A stretch of DNA of 61,944 bases, the filler included. It is 4 parts of 4 records of this genome, joined end to end, with 100 filler letters (N's around TTAATTAATTAA, not from the genome) between each part and the next. Parts side by side here need not be neighbours in the genome. Positions count along the whole stretch, not along the records: positions 31,688 to 51,945 come from DRR723986_822; 3 more parts are not named here. One strand, given 5' to 3'. A program made the position numbers and the translations under genes. Below are positions 39,677 to 49,608 of this stretch, in pieces. Every line of letters begins with the position of its first letter. Position 1 is the stretch's first letter. The notes under the pieces were generated by a model, which was not told the origin of the DNA, did not search any database, and saw nothing but the letters and a program-made list of their open reading frames with translations.

Positions 39677-41626
39677 ATGACCGACGAGCAACACCCGCCC
39701 GACTCACCTTTTGACATTGCTGCTTTTTTGAAGGAATTGACCACTCGGCCCGGTGTGTATCGCATGATTGATGCAAATGGCACAGTAATGTATGTGGGCA
39801 AAGCCAAGAACCTGAAAAAACGCGTTTCATCGTATTTCCAGAAAACCCATGCCAGCCCGCGCACCAGCCATATGGTGGAGCGAATTGTGAGGGTGGATGT
39901 AACACCAACCCGAACTGAAGCAGAGGCCTTGCTGCTTGAGAACAACCTGATCAAAAGCTTAAGCCCACGCTACAACATTTTGTTTCGCGATGACAAAAGC
40001 TACCCCTACTTGCGGCTGACGAATCACAAGTACCCGCGTGTGGCTTATTACCGTGGTGCGGTGGATAAAAAATCACAGTTTTTCGGACCCTTTCCCAATG
40101 CTTGGGCTGTGAAGGAAAGCATTCAGGTTTTGCAGCGTGTTTTCTTGTTGCGCACTTGCGAAGACACCGTGTTTTCCCATCGATCACGACCCTGTTTGCA
40201 GGCTCAAATCCAACGTTGCAGCGCGCCTTGTGTGAACTGGATCAGCCCGGAAGATTATGCAAAGGATGTGGAAGCCGCATCGCGTTTCCTGCGGGGCGAC
40301 CACAAATCGGTTTTGGCCAATCTTGAAGAGAAAATGCTGGAGGCCAGTGGCTTACTTGAGTTTGAGAAAGCCGCAATGTATCGCAATCAGTTGGGTGCAT
40401 TGAGCCGGGTGCTGCAGAAGCAGTCGGTGGACACCACGGGTGGAGACGATGATGCAGACATCATTGCGGTGGTGATCAAGGGGGGAGCGGTTTGCGTGAA
40501 CCTGGCGATGGTGCGGGGTGGGAGGCATTTGGGTGACAAGCCGATGTTTCCCAGTGTGGCACAGGCCAGCGAAGATATCGGGCCTGAGGTGCTTGAGGCG
40601 TTCTTGAGTCAAGCGTATGTGGACAGGCCGATTCCCAACTTGTTGATTGTCAATCAGGATTTGGATGCGCCTGAATTGTTGATGGCTTTGAGTCAACAGG
40701 CTGGCAAAAAAATCAATCTGATCCGACAGCCTCAGAGTGAGCGCCGAAAGTGGCTTGATATGGCCGTCGACAACGCAGAGATCGCGATTGCAAGGCGAAT
40801 TGCCGAGCAGGGCTCTGCGCAATTCCGCACGCGTGCGCTTGTCGAAACTCTGGGCCTGGAAGCCCGGTTGGAAGAGGCCTTGCAAGCCTCAGAGGCGGAC
40901 CGATTGTTGAGTGGGAATTCTGTGGGGACTGACCTTGCCGGGGACTCATCCGCAGCGGAGGAGATCGATTTACTGGCCACCTTGCGTGTGGAGTGCTTTG
41001 ATATTTCGCACACCGCAGGTGAGGCCACTCAAGCTTCTTGTGTGGTGTTTCACAACCACGATATGCAAAGCCGCGAGTATCGCCGTTACAACATTGAAGG
41101 CATTACTCCAGGCGATGATTATGCGGCCATGCGTCAAGCTGTAACCCGACGCTATCAGCGTGAGGGCAAAACCCCGATTGTGATGCCCCATGTGGTGTTG
41201 ATCGACGGTGGCAAAGGACAAATTGAAGTGGCCCGGCAGGTGTTTGAACAGCTAGGGCTGGATATCAGCCTGATTGTCGGTGTCAAAAAGGGCGAAAACC
41301 GAAAGGTTGGGCTGGAAACTTTGGTGTTTCCAGATGGCCGACCAAGCCTTGAGTTGGGGCCAGGCCACCCGGCGCTGATGTTGATTGCTCAAATTCGGGA
41401 TGAGGCTCACCGTTTTGCGATTACCGGCATGCGGGCCAAACGGGCCAAAGCAAGGCAGGCTTCCGAGCTGGATGAAATTGAAGGCATTGGTGCACGCCGC
41501 AAGCAAAAATTGCTGACCCGTTTTGGCGGCTTGCGCGGTGTAAAGGCAGCCAGTGTGGAAGATTTGCAAACGGTTGACGGCATCTCGAAAACGTTGGCTG
41601 AAGAAATATATCGACGTTTGCACTGA
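39677..41626 (+). CDS. uvrC: Excinuclease ABC subunit C
   Basis: PGVYRM...[37 protein letters not shown] and C-terminal HhH. Confidence 0.98.
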   Translation: MTDEQHPPDSPFDIAAFLKELTTRPGVYRMIDANGTVMYVGKAKNLKKRVSSYFQKTHASPRTSHMVERIVRVDVTPTRTEAEALLLENNLIKSLSPRYNILFRDDKSYPYLRLTNHKYPRVAYYRGAVDKKSQFFGPFPNAWAVKESIQVLQRVFLLRTCEDTVFSHRSRPCLQAQIQRCSAPCVNWISPEDYAKDVEAASRFLRGDHKSVLANLEEKMLEASGLLEFEKAAMYRNQLGALSRVLQKQSVDTTGGDDDADIIAVVIKGGAVCVNLAMVRGGRHLGDKPMFPSVAQASEDIGPEVLEAFLSQAYVDRPIPNLLIVNQDLDAPELLMALSQQAGKKINLIRQPQSERRKWLDMAVDNAEIAIARRIAEQGSAQFRTRALVETLGLEARLEEALQASEADRLLSGNSVGTDLAGDSSAAEEIDLLATLRVECFDISHTAGEATQASCVVFHNHDMQSREYRRYNIEGITPGDDYAAMRQAVTRRYQREGKTPIVMPHVVLIDGGKGQIEVARQVFEQLGLDISLIVGVKKGENRKVGLETLVFPDGRPSLELGPGHPALMLIAQIRDEAHRFAITGMRAKRAKARQASELDEIEGIGARRKQKLLTRFGGLRGVKAASVEDLQTVDGISKTLAEEIYRRLH

Positions 41627-41713
41627 AGATGTGCGCCTCAACAGGTGTTGGCGCTGATATATTCTGTACCTCTAGAGAGTGTATTTTTTACTTAACAAAA
41701 GAAAAACACATAT

Positions 41714-42283
41714 ATGCCAATGAACCTGCCCATGATCCTGACCTGGGTCCGGATTGTACTGATCCCCTTGGTTGTCGGCATTTACTTTCTGCCCGAAACA
41801 ATCATGTCCATCTCCATGCAAAACTGGGTGGGCGCTTGGGTATTTGTAATTGCGGCCATTACTGACTTCGTGGATGGTTACCTGGCGCGCCGCTGGAATC
41901 AAACTTCGGCGTTTGGAGCATTCCTTGACCCTGTGGCTGACAAGCTGATGGTAGGGGCAGCACTGATTGTACTGGTTGACCTCGGGCGTATTGGTCCATT
42001 TATCGCACTGATTATTATTGGACGTGAAATTACCATTTCTGCCTTGCGGGAATGGATGGCCAGCATCGGTGCGCGCAACAGTGTTGCCGTGAACTGGCTT
42101 GGCAAATTCAAAACCATTGCTCAAATGGTGGCAATCCCCATGTTGTTGGTGAACGAAACCTGGATGGGCATTGATTTTCATGTGCTGGGTACTTTGGGTA
42201 TTTATGTGGCAGCCGTTTTGACGGTGTGGTCAATGTGTTATTACCTGATGAAAGCCTGGCCAGAACTCCGCAATCGAAGCTGA
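41714..42283 (+). CDS. pgsA: CDP-diacylglycerol--glycerol-3-phosphate 3-phosphatidyltransferase
   Basis: TDFVDGYLARRWNQTSAFGAFLDPVADK; follows uvrC. Confidence 0.96.
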   Translation: MPMNLPMILTWVRIVLIPLVVGIYFLPETIMSISMQNWVGAWVFVIAAITDFVDGYLARRWNQTSAFGAFLDPVADKLMVGAALIVLVDLGRIGPFIALIIIGREITISALREWMASIGARNSVAVNWLGKFKTIAQMVAIPMLLVNETWMGIDFHVLGTLGIYVAAVLTVWSMCYYLMKAWPELRNRS

Positions 42284-42303
42284 CTGCTTCCAGATATTTC
42301 GCC

Positions 42304-43650
42304 ATGAACAAAAGCAATTTGCTGCCCCAGCCGTACCCGTTGCGGCAGGCACTCAATGATGAAGTGCATTCCCGCCCCACCGAGGCCTTGTGGCCGCAGG
42401 AGCGGGTGTTTCATATTGCTTTGCTGGTGCAAGGTGACGTGACACCCGAGATTGTTGGGCAACTGCAAGCTTTGGTGGACTATTGCGGTTGTAAACCTGT
42501 CTCTGATGAGGAGCTGGCTGCACCCCAGGTCAGCCTTAGCCTGTGCGGCGGCGAGTCGGCTTTGCGTCTGCGGCTGGAGCGCCACAATGAATTCATTACC
42601 CTGACCTTCTTTGAACGGGCTGACCATGCGATCGTGTTCGATCGCCCGGTGACTCGCCGTTTGCCTCCCAGCTGGATGGCCGCTTTGCCTGGGGTAATGC
42701 TAGTGGCCATTGAACTGTTTGTTCAAAAAACAGAAAACCCCCGAGAGCCGCGCAGTGTGGCAGGTTACTTTGATGGCAATACCCTGATTGGCGGCATGAT
42801 TGCCAATGGAGCAGGGCAGGTGTTTTCGGATCTTCGGATTGCAGACCGTGGTGCCAGCCGGATTTTGATTTGCAATTTGAAAATGGGTTCACGGCAACTT
42901 GGCCGGGTAGTTCAGCGCGCGATCGAGATGGAAACTTACCGAATGATGGCCCTGCTGAGTTTTCCAGTTGCGCGTGCAACGTTGCCAAAGCTGTCTTCGT
43001 ATGAAGACCGTTTAGTAAAGTTGGCCACCGAAATGGCGGAGACCAGTAAAACTGAAGACCTCGCCGAAGTGACCAGCGAGGATGTTGAGCTGGACCGCAA
43101 GTTATTGAGCCAGTTGACCGACCTGGCTGCCCGCGTGGAGCAGTTAAGTGCTGAGAACCGGGTCCGTTTTACTGCCGCAGAGGCGTATACCGATCTGGTG
43201 AAAAAACGAATCGCTGAATTGAAAGAAATACCCATGGTGGGCATGCAAACTTTTGGCGAATTCATGGATCGTCGTTTGGGGCCTGCCATGAAAACCTGCA
43301 CCTGGACCGCTCGTCGGCAGGACGAACTGGCCGCTCGTATTTCACGCGTAACGCAACTGCTGCGAACGAGAGTTGAGATTGAACGTGAAAGCCAAAACCA
43401 ACGTTTGCTGACCAGCATGGACAAGCGTGCGAAGGTGCAGTTGCGCCTGCAGGAAACCGTAGAGGGGTTGTCGATTGTTGCCATTTCCTACTACGGCGCC
43501 AGTTTGGTGGGTTACCTGGCCAAAGGGCTGAAAACCATGGGTGTGCCGGTTTCTCCAGATTTGGCGATTGCTGTGGCCATTCCAACCATTGCGGTGTTGG
43601 CTTATGTGAGTATGCAAGCCATGAAAAAGCGCATGGGCTTGAAAGGCTGA
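42304..43650 (+). CDS. DUF3422-family membrane-anchored protein
   Basis: EVHSRP, ERHNEF, GRVVQRAIEMETYRMMALL and QLRLQETVEGLSIVAISYY, with two C-terminal TMs. Confidence 0.88.
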   Translation: MNKSNLLPQPYPLRQALNDEVHSRPTEALWPQERVFHIALLVQGDVTPEIVGQLQALVDYCGCKPVSDEELAAPQVSLSLCGGESALRLRLERHNEFITLTFFERADHAIVFDRPVTRRLPPSWMAALPGVMLVAIELFVQKTENPREPRSVAGYFDGNTLIGGMIANGAGQVFSDLRIADRGASRILICNLKMGSRQLGRVVQRAIEMETYRMMALLSFPVARATLPKLSSYEDRLVKLATEMAETSKTEDLAEVTSEDVELDRKLLSQLTDLAARVEQLSAENRVRFTAAEAYTDLVKKRIAELKEIPMVGMQTFGEFMDRRLGPAMKTCTWTARRQDELAARISRVTQLLRTRVEIERESQNQRLLTSMDKRAKVQLRLQETVEGLSIVAISYYGASLVGYLAKGLKTMGVPVSPDLAIAVAIPTIAVLAYVSMQAMKKRMGLKG

Positions 43651-43680
43651 GGAATATTCGGAAATATTGTCCCTACAGGT

Positions 43681-43709
43681 TTCCAAAGCCCGGTGTTTGT
43701 GGTTATAAT
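43681..43709 (+). promoter_or_regulatory. Sigma70 promoter of tRNA-Ser
   Basis: TTCCAA-N17-TATAAT followed by a GC-rich discriminator just before the tRNA. Confidence 0.6.
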
Positions 43710-43718
43710 TGCGGGCTC

Positions 43719-43808
43719 GGAAGCTTGGCAGAGCGGTTGAATGCACCGGTCTTGAAAACCGGCGAGGGTGCGAGCCCTCCGTGAGTTCGAATCTCACAGC
43801 TTCCGCCA
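43719..43808 (+). tRNA. tRNA-Ser (anticodon TGA)
   Basis: GGAAGCT acceptor, anticodon arm CCGGT-CTTGAAA-ACCGG, long variable arm, GTTCGAAT T-loop and GCCA end; 90 nt. Confidence 0.97.
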
Positions 43809-43816
43809 AAAACATC

Positions 43817-43849
43817 AAAACCCGCCCTTGTGGCGGGTTTTTTGTTTTT
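43817..43849 (+). terminator. Rho-independent terminator after tRNA-Ser(TGA)
   Basis: AAAACCCGCC-CTTGT-GGCGGGTTTTTT. Confidence 0.88.
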
Positions 43850-43868
43850 GCGAGCTTTGAGTAGATTC

Positions 43869-43935
43869 GAACGAACGGATCGTGAAAATAATAGTTCGGT
43901 GGAGTTCCCAAACGGGAACGAACGGATCGTGAAAA
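43869..43935. repeat. 20-bp direct repeat pair
   Basis: GAACGAACGGATCGTGAAAA at 43869-43888 and 43916-43935, 27 bp apart. Confidence 0.85.
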
Positions 43936-43936
43936 C

Positions 43937-43961
43937 AAAAAACCGCCCAGGGGGCGGTTTT
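43937..43961 (-). terminator. Rho-independent terminator of the TRAP operon
   Basis: AAAAAACCGCCC-AGG-GGGCGGTTTT, giving a U-tract on the minus strand. Confidence 0.8.
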
Positions 43962-43993
43962 CTGCGTCAAGTGACGTAATGTCTGGCTTGCAG

Positions 43994-45868
43994 TTATCTG
44001 TAAAGCACTTCTGGCAGCCACATGCCGATCTGTGGGAACACATACAGAATGAACATGGCAAAGATCTGGATAAACATGAAAGGAATCATGCCCAAGAAGA
44101 TCTGGTTCAAAGTTACCCCGGGTGGCGATACACCTTTCAGGTAGAACGCGGCCATGGCCACGGGTGGCGACAGGAACGCCGTTTGCAGGTTCAACGCGAC
44201 CAGCAAACCAAAGAATAGCGGGTCGATGTCAAAGTAGGGCAACAGTGGAATAAAGATTGGCATAAAGATCACGATAATCTCGGTCCATTCCAGAGGCCAA
44301 CCCAGCAAGAAAATAATCACTTGAGACAGCAACAGGAATTGAATTGGGGTTAATCCCAAAGACAACACCCACTGCTCAACCAGTTCCTGGCCACCCAACA
44401 ATGCAAATGCTGCTGAGAAAATGGAGGACCCGACGAACAACCAGCACACCATCGCGGTTGTTTTGGAGGTCAGAAACACTGATTCACGCAACACTGGGAA
44501 ATTGAGTTGGCGATATCCGGCAGCCAAGAGCAGGCCGCCAAAGGCACCGACCGCCGCCGCTTCTGAAGGTGTGGCCAAACCGAACACGATACTGCCCAAC
44601 ACAGCCAGAATCAGGATGGCCAGTGGGAAGAATGAAGTCAACAACATCTTGAACACTTCGAGGCGCTCAAAACTGAGGCGAGCATAGTAGTACAGCAACA
44701 CACCCACAACCACCAACAATGAAATCCAGAAGTTTGTCGGAGCTGGTGTTGACTCTGCTTCAGCCGCTGCTGCTGGTTCTTCAGCCGCAGGTTCTTCCAC
44801 GGCTGGCGCGGCTTCTGTGGTTTCTGCACCAGCAGGTTCGTCAAAGCCGAAATCGTATTTGCTGGTGCTTGAGCCTTGGTATTCAGACCCAAACGTCACC
44901 AAGCCTGAAGTATCAAACGCAGCCTCTTTGGGCGCTGTCAACGAGGAGTACACCAGACCCAGAATGAACGCTGCGAAAATCGCCGGCAACATGGCAATGA
45001 AGAACTGGTTAGCGACCTGAGCTGTTGTCAGATTCCCCTCGCGGCGGCCCTTCATTCCGTTGACCAATGCGGATACCGCACGGCTGCTGCCGTAGGTGCG
45101 CTTCAAGGAATCAAGCACTGGGCTCAGCGCGACCTTGCGGTCTTCTTCAGACAAGGGAGGCGCACACTTTGGATTGATCTTGGCGCGAATGATGATGTAG
45201 GCAATGTACAGGCCAGTCAGCATCAATCCAGGGAAGAATGCACCCGCGTACAATTGAACCACAGACACACCAGCAGTGGCGCCATACACAATCAGCAACA
45301 CGGATGGTGGAATCAAAATACCCAAGCAACCACCGGCTGTAATTGCACCAGCAGCCATCTTGGTGTCATAACCGGCTTTCAGCATGCTGGGCATGGCGAG
45401 CAAGCCCATCAAGGTAACCACCGCACCTACAATACCAGTGGCAGTCGCAAAAATCGCGCAGGTGACCAAGGTTGCGACGCCCAATGCACCTGGTAGCCGG
45501 GCCATGGACAAATGCAACGCTTTGAACAGCTTTTCGATCAGGTTCGCCCGCTCAACAAGATAACCCATGAATACAAACAGTGGTACCGAAATAAGTACGT
45601 CATTGGTCATGACTTTGTAAGTCGATTGCACCATCAGGTCCAGCGTTTTTTGTATATTTCCGTCGTAGGCGAAGTAGGTGAAAATCACACCCATACCCAT
45701 CAGGGTAAATGCAGTAGGGAAGCCAAGCATAATGGCAACCACCACCAGCGACAGCATCAGCAAGCCGAGGTGTCCATCGGTCATCTCTGATGGTGCAGGC
45801 ATCGCAATGACGAGTCCGAGCAGGATCAACGCCATGATGGCAAAGCCGAAATATAGTTCTTTTTTCAT
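43994..45868 (-). CDS. dctM: TRAP transporter large permease with internal insertion
   Basis: LISVPLFVFMG, GCLGILIPPS, ATPSEAAAVG and AFLSPP; 624 aa. Confidence 0.92.
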   Translation of the reverse strand: MKKELYFGFAIMALILLGLVIAMPAPSEMTDGHLGLLMLSLVVVAIMLGFPTAFTLMGMGVIFTYFAYDGNIQKTLDLMVQSTYKVMTNDVLISVPLFVFMGYLVERANLIEKLFKALHLSMARLPGALGVATLVTCAIFATATGIVGAVVTLMGLLAMPSMLKAGYDTKMAAGAITAGGCLGILIPPSVLLIVYGATAGVSVVQLYAGAFFPGLMLTGLYIAYIIIRAKINPKCAPPLSEEDRKVALSPVLDSLKRTYGSSRAVSALVNGMKGRREGNLTTAQVANQFFIAMLPAIFAAFILGLVYSSLTAPKEAAFDTSGLVTFGSEYQGSSTSKYDFGFDEPAGAETTEAAPAVEEPAAEEPAAAAEAESTPAPTNFWISLLVVVGVLLYYYARLSFERLEVFKMLLTSFFPLAILILAVLGSIVFGLATPSEAAAVGAFGGLLLAAGYRQLNFPVLRESVFLTSKTTAMVCWLFVGSSIFSAAFALLGGQELVEQWVLSLGLTPIQFLLLSQVIIFLLGWPLEWTEIIVIFMPIFIPLLPYFDIDPLFFGLLVALNLQTAFLSPPVAMAAFYLKGVSPPGVTLNQIFLGMIPFMFIQIFAMFILYVFPQIGMWLPEVLYR

Positions 45869-45883
45869 TTTGATTGAATCCTG

Positions 45884-46453
45884 TTAATTCTTGCCGAGAG
45901 TCGCTTTCAGCTTCTCAACGTCCACTTCTTCCACGTCGTCCTCTCGCTTTGGCCAGGCACCGTCTTTGATACACATTGCACAGCGGAGAACTTCAACGAT
46001 GCCCTGAAACAACAAGAACAGGCCAGCCAAGGGAATAAAAGCCTTGAAGGGGTAGATTGGGGGGCCATCGGCAGTGATGGAGGACATTTCCTTGATCGCC
46101 CAGGCTTCGTCAGCGAACGTGTAGCCTGCGTAGGTCAATGCGATGATGCCGGGGAAAAAGAAAACGAAGTACAGGATCAGGTCAAGGATGGCTTGCGTTC
46201 TGGGCTCCAGAAAGCCATACAGAATATCGCCGCGAACATGACCATTGGTGGCCAATGTATAGGCACCTGCCATCATGAACAGGATGCCGTACAAAATGTA
46301 GGACATGTCAAATACCCACGGATTGGGGCTGTTCAGGGCATAACGGGTAAACACCTCGAACACAATGACGCCAGTCAACAGAACGATGGTCCAGGCAAAA
46401 ATGTGCCCGACCTTAGTGGAAATTCTGTCGACCAAATGTAGGAAAGCTAACAT
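45884..46453 (-). CDS. dctQ: TRAP transporter small permease
   Basis: Four TMs, EVFTRY and GAYTLATNGHVRGD. Start chosen at MLAFLHLV after GAGG. Confidence 0.9.
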   Translation of the reverse strand: MLAFLHLVDRISTKVGHIFAWTIVLLTGVIVFEVFTRYALNSPNPWVFDMSYILYGILFMMAGAYTLATNGHVRGDILYGFLEPRTQAILDLILYFVFFFPGIIALTYAGYTFADEAWAIKEMSSITADGPPIYPFKAFIPLAGLFLLFQGIVEVLRCAMCIKDGAWPKREDDVEEVDVEKLKATLGKN

Positions 46454-46481
46454 GGGGTGAACCTCGGGTTCGGTTTTAAAA

Positions 46482-46514
46482 AAAGCCAACATCCGTTGTG
46501 CAGATGTTGGCTTT
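46482..46514 (-). terminator. Intergenic hairpin/terminator between dctP and dctQ
   Basis: AAAGCCAACATC-N9-GATGTTGGCTTT preceded by an A-run, giving a U-tract on the minus strand. Confidence 0.7.
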
Positions 46515-46532
46515 CAGGACTAAAACAACTGA

Positions 46533-47654
46533 TTACTTCTTTTTCTGAGCGTAGAAGGCTTGCGCCATCTTGAAGTCGACTGACGTGTCGGCTTGCCATT
46601 TGGCTGCGCGTGCAGCAAATGCGCGCTGTGACTCAAGCACTTTCTTGAACATGGGGTTTTCAGCAGATTTGGCTGTGGTTACTTCATCCCAAGCTTTCAA
46701 TTGTGCTTTCAAGATGCTGTCGGGCGTCTTGAAGAACTTGACGCCTTGTTTACTTTGCATTTCAGCATAGTCCTTGGAGTAGCGGTCAACAGCCTTCCAG
46801 CTCATGTCTGCAGATGCTGCTTCAGCGGCGTTGGCGATAATCGCCTTGATTTCAGTAGGCAGCTTGTTGTACTTGGTCTTGTTGAACATGATTTCGAACT
46901 GTTCAGAAGACTGGTGGAAAGATTGCAACATGCAAACCTTGGACACGTCTGGGAAGCCCAGAACGCGGTCGGAGGAGGCATTGTTAAATTCGGCTGCATC
47001 CAGAAGGCCACGGTCCATCGCTGGAACGATTTCTCCGCCTGGTAGCGCGTTAACAGCTACGCCCATTTTCGTGAAGATGTCCACAGACAAACCGACTGTG
47101 CGGAACTTCAGACCTTTCAGATCTTCAGGTTTTGTCACTGGCTTTTTAAACCAGCCCAGTGGCTGAGTAGGCATTGGGCCAGACATGAAGGACACCACAT
47201 CCATGTTCAGCTCTTTGTAAATTTCCTCCAGTAGTTCTTTACCACCGCCGTATTTGTGCCATGCCAAAAGCATGTTGGCGTCCATGCCAAAAGAGGGGCC
47301 TGAACCCCACAGCGCAACCGCTGGGTTCTTGCCGTACCAATAAGCAATAACGCCATGACCACCGTCCAAAGTACCTTTGTTCACTGCGTCCAACAAGTCG
47401 AAGGCTTTTACCACCGCACCAGCAGGCAACACTTCAATTTTCAGACGACCACCGGTCATGCTGTTCACTTTGTCTGCAAAGTCAACCGCGTATTCATGGA
47501 AAATGTCTTTCTGGGGCCATGTACTCTGGAAGCGCATGTTCACTGTTTGCGCAGTGGAGATCATGGGGAACGCCATGGCGCCTGCGCCTACTGCAGCCAC
47601 TGATGTGCCTTTGATAAAATCGCGGCGCTTTTGGTTGTTCACTGAGTCAGTCAT
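46533..47654 (-). CDS. dctP: TRAP substrate-binding protein (TakP-like, 2-oxoacid/monocarboxylate type), Tat signal
   Basis: KRRDFIKG twin-arginine signal, MTGGRLKIEVLPAG, GWFKKPV..PEDLKGLKFR and LDAAEF. Confidence 0.9.
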   Translation of the reverse strand: MTDSVNNQKRRDFIKGTSVAAVGAGAMAFPMISTAQTVNMRFQSTWPQKDIFHEYAVDFADKVNSMTGGRLKIEVLPAGAVVKAFDLLDAVNKGTLDGGHGVIAYWYGKNPAVALWGSGPSFGMDANMLLAWHKYGGGKELLEEIYKELNMDVVSFMSGPMPTQPLGWFKKPVTKPEDLKGLKFRTVGLSVDIFTKMGVAVNALPGGEIVPAMDRGLLDAAEFNNASSDRVLGFPDVSKVCMLQSFHQSSEQFEIMFNKTKYNKLPTEIKAIIANAAEAASADMSWKAVDRYSKDYAEMQSKQGVKFFKTPDSILKAQLKAWDEVTTAKSAENPMFKKVLESQRAFAARAAKWQADTSVDFKMAQAFYAQKKK

Positions 47655-47786
47655 TTTGCCTCCTTAAATTGATTTAGCTTTCGACTGTTGTTTTTGGTTT
47701 TACTTTTCGAACCTGCATTGTGATGGCGTACCAAAGCGAACTAAATAGGAGCAAACCCTTACCCATCGGTACTTTCCCTAGGGACG

Positions 47787-47821
47787 AAAAAAAACCGCCG
47801 CTATGGTTTGCGACGGTTTTT
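47787..47821 (-). terminator. Terminator of the nitrate ABC operon
   Basis: AAAAAAAACCGCCGC...GCGACGGTTTTT. Confidence 0.7.
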
Positions 47822-47839
47822 GGCGGGTTGAGTTTGATT

Positions 47840-48691
47840 TCAGGCGCTCGCGCTAACCTTATTGTCGTTGCTGGTTTTCGCCAGACGATGTTTGTGGATT
47901 GCTTCTACCTTTCTTTGCTTCTCATGCAGGAAGCTGAGCACTTCATGCCGGTAGTGGTTGTACGTGGGGTCGTCGGCCAAGGCCAAACGGTCCCGTGGTC
48001 GGGGTAGATCAATGTTCAGAATTTGACCAATGGTGGCTGAAGGGCCGTTGGTCATCATGACAATTCGATCGGACAACAACACAGCTTCGTCCACATCGTG
48101 CGTAATCATGACCACGGTGTTCTTCAACTCATTTTGAATTCGCATCACTTCATCTTGCAAGTGGGCGCGGGTGAGCGCATCCAGTGCACCGAAGGGTTCA
48201 TCCAAGAGCAACACCTTGGGTTCCATGGCCAGTGCACGTGCAATACCCACACGTTGCTTCATGCCACCCGATATCTCAGAGGGCAAACGATCCAGTGCAT
48301 GGCTCATGTTCACCATGTCAAGGTTGTGCAAAATCCATTCACGCTGCTCTGCCTTGCTTTTTTTGCCTTTGAATATTTTTTCAACTGCAATTTCCACGTT
48401 TTGATACACCGTCAGCCAAGGCAGCAGGGAATGGTTTTGGAACACCAAGGCGCGGTCGGGGCCCGGCGCGTTAACTTCCTTGTTGTCGACAATGACCACG
48501 CCTTCGCTGGCTGTCAGCAAACCTGCGATGATGTTCAGCACGGTGGACTTTCCGCAGCCCGAGTGACCAATCAGTGAAATGTATTCACCACGATTCACCT
48601 CCAGGTTGATGTCTTTCAATACTGGGTTCACGATGCCATTGCGCTCGAAACGCATTTGCACCTGGGAAATACTTAAAAATCGATCGCTCAT
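47840..48691 (-). CDS. Nitrate/nitrite-type ABC transporter ATP-binding protein (NrtC/D, NasD-like)
   Basis: GHSGCGKST, VFQNHSLLPW, ISGGMKQR and RIVMMTNGPSA. Start MSDRF after AAGGAG. Confidence 0.92.
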   Translation of the reverse strand: MSDRFLSISQVQMRFERNGIVNPVLKDINLEVNRGEYISLIGHSGCGKSTVLNIIAGLLTASEGVVIVDNKEVNAPGPDRALVFQNHSLLPWLTVYQNVEIAVEKIFKGKKSKAEQREWILHNLDMVNMSHALDRLPSEISGGMKQRVGIARALAMEPKVLLLDEPFGALDALTRAHLQDEVMRIQNELKNTVVMITHDVDEAVLLSDRIVMMTNGPSATIGQILNIDLPRPRDRLALADDPTYNHYRHEVLSFLHEKQRKVEAIHKHRLAKTSNDNKVSASA

Positions 48692-48713
48692 TGTTAACTC
48701 CTTGTGTTCTGCA

Positions 48714-49580
48714 TTAACCGGCAGATGTGCCGCGCGTAATTTTCTTGCCCACCCAGGCGACGCATCGGTCGAGGATGAAACCGACGATGCCCACATACAC
48801 CAGCGCCAAAACAATGTCGCTGATCAGCGAGCTGTTCCATGCGTCCCAGATGAAGAAGCCGATACCGACACCACCAATCAGCATTTCTGCCGCAACGATG
48901 GCCAGCCAGCTCAGGCCCACACCAATGCGAAGCCCGGAGAATATATAGGGCGCGGCGGCAGGCAGCATGATTTTCCAGAAGTACTCAATGCCATTGTGTT
49001 GAATGACACGTGACACGTTTCGATAGTCTTCAGGAATATTGCGAATACCCACTGAGGTATTGATGATGATGGGCCAAATGGCAGTAATGAAAATCACAAA
49101 AATCGCAGACGGGTTTCCATCTTGAAAACCCGCCAGCGACAAAGGCAACCAGGCGAGTGGGGGCACGGTGCGCAATACCTGAAACAGTGGGTCAAGCCCG
49201 CGTAAAGCCCAGGTGGATTGACCCACCAACACACCCAGCGCGACGCCCACCACTACAGCAAGGCTGTAACCCATGGCGACACGTTCAAGGCTGGCCAGAA
49301 TTTGCCAGGCCATGCCTACATCACTTCCGCCGTTGTTGTAGAACGGATTGGTGATTAATTCCCACGTGTCAGTGATTACTTTGCTTGGGCCAGGCAAACG
49401 CGCGCCTTCACCGCTGCACAGAATTTCCCAGATCAACAGCAAAATACCCATGATGACGATCGGAGGAACAATCTTGCCCATGCTCTCCTTCAATTGCTTG
49501 AAGTAAGCAGTTTCAACGAAGGGTTTGCTTTTTACCTTGGTGGCGGTTTGTAGTCGCTCAAGTGTGTCGGTATTCATCAT
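48714..49580 (-). CDS. nrtB: Nitrate ABC transporter permease
   Basis: DPLFQVLRTVPPLAWLP, FITAIWPIIINT and GIGFFIWDAWN. Confidence 0.93.
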   Translation of the reverse strand: MMNTDTLERLQTATKVKSKPFVETAYFKQLKESMGKIVPPIVIMGILLLIWEILCSGEGARLPGPSKVITDTWELITNPFYNNGGSDVGMAWQILASLERVAMGYSLAVVVGVALGVLVGQSTWALRGLDPLFQVLRTVPPLAWLPLSLAGFQDGNPSAIFVIFITAIWPIIINTSVGIRNIPEDYRNVSRVIQHNGIEYFWKIMLPAAAPYIFSGLRIGVGLSWLAIVAAEMLIGGVGIGFFIWDAWNSSLISDIVLALVYVGIVGFILDRCVAWVGKKITRGTSAG

Positions 49581-49608
49581 GATGATGTGTCCTTATTGCT
49601 TAGATGAA

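Noticed and set aside
40860-40980. About 35-aa insertion in UvrC as an intein or mobile insert
   Set aside because: Too short and lacking intein terminal motifs; it falls in a variable loop before the RNase H-like domain.
43869-43935. Mini CRISPR array
   Set aside because: Only two 20-bp repeats, shorter than typical CRISPR repeats, with no cas genes or leader.
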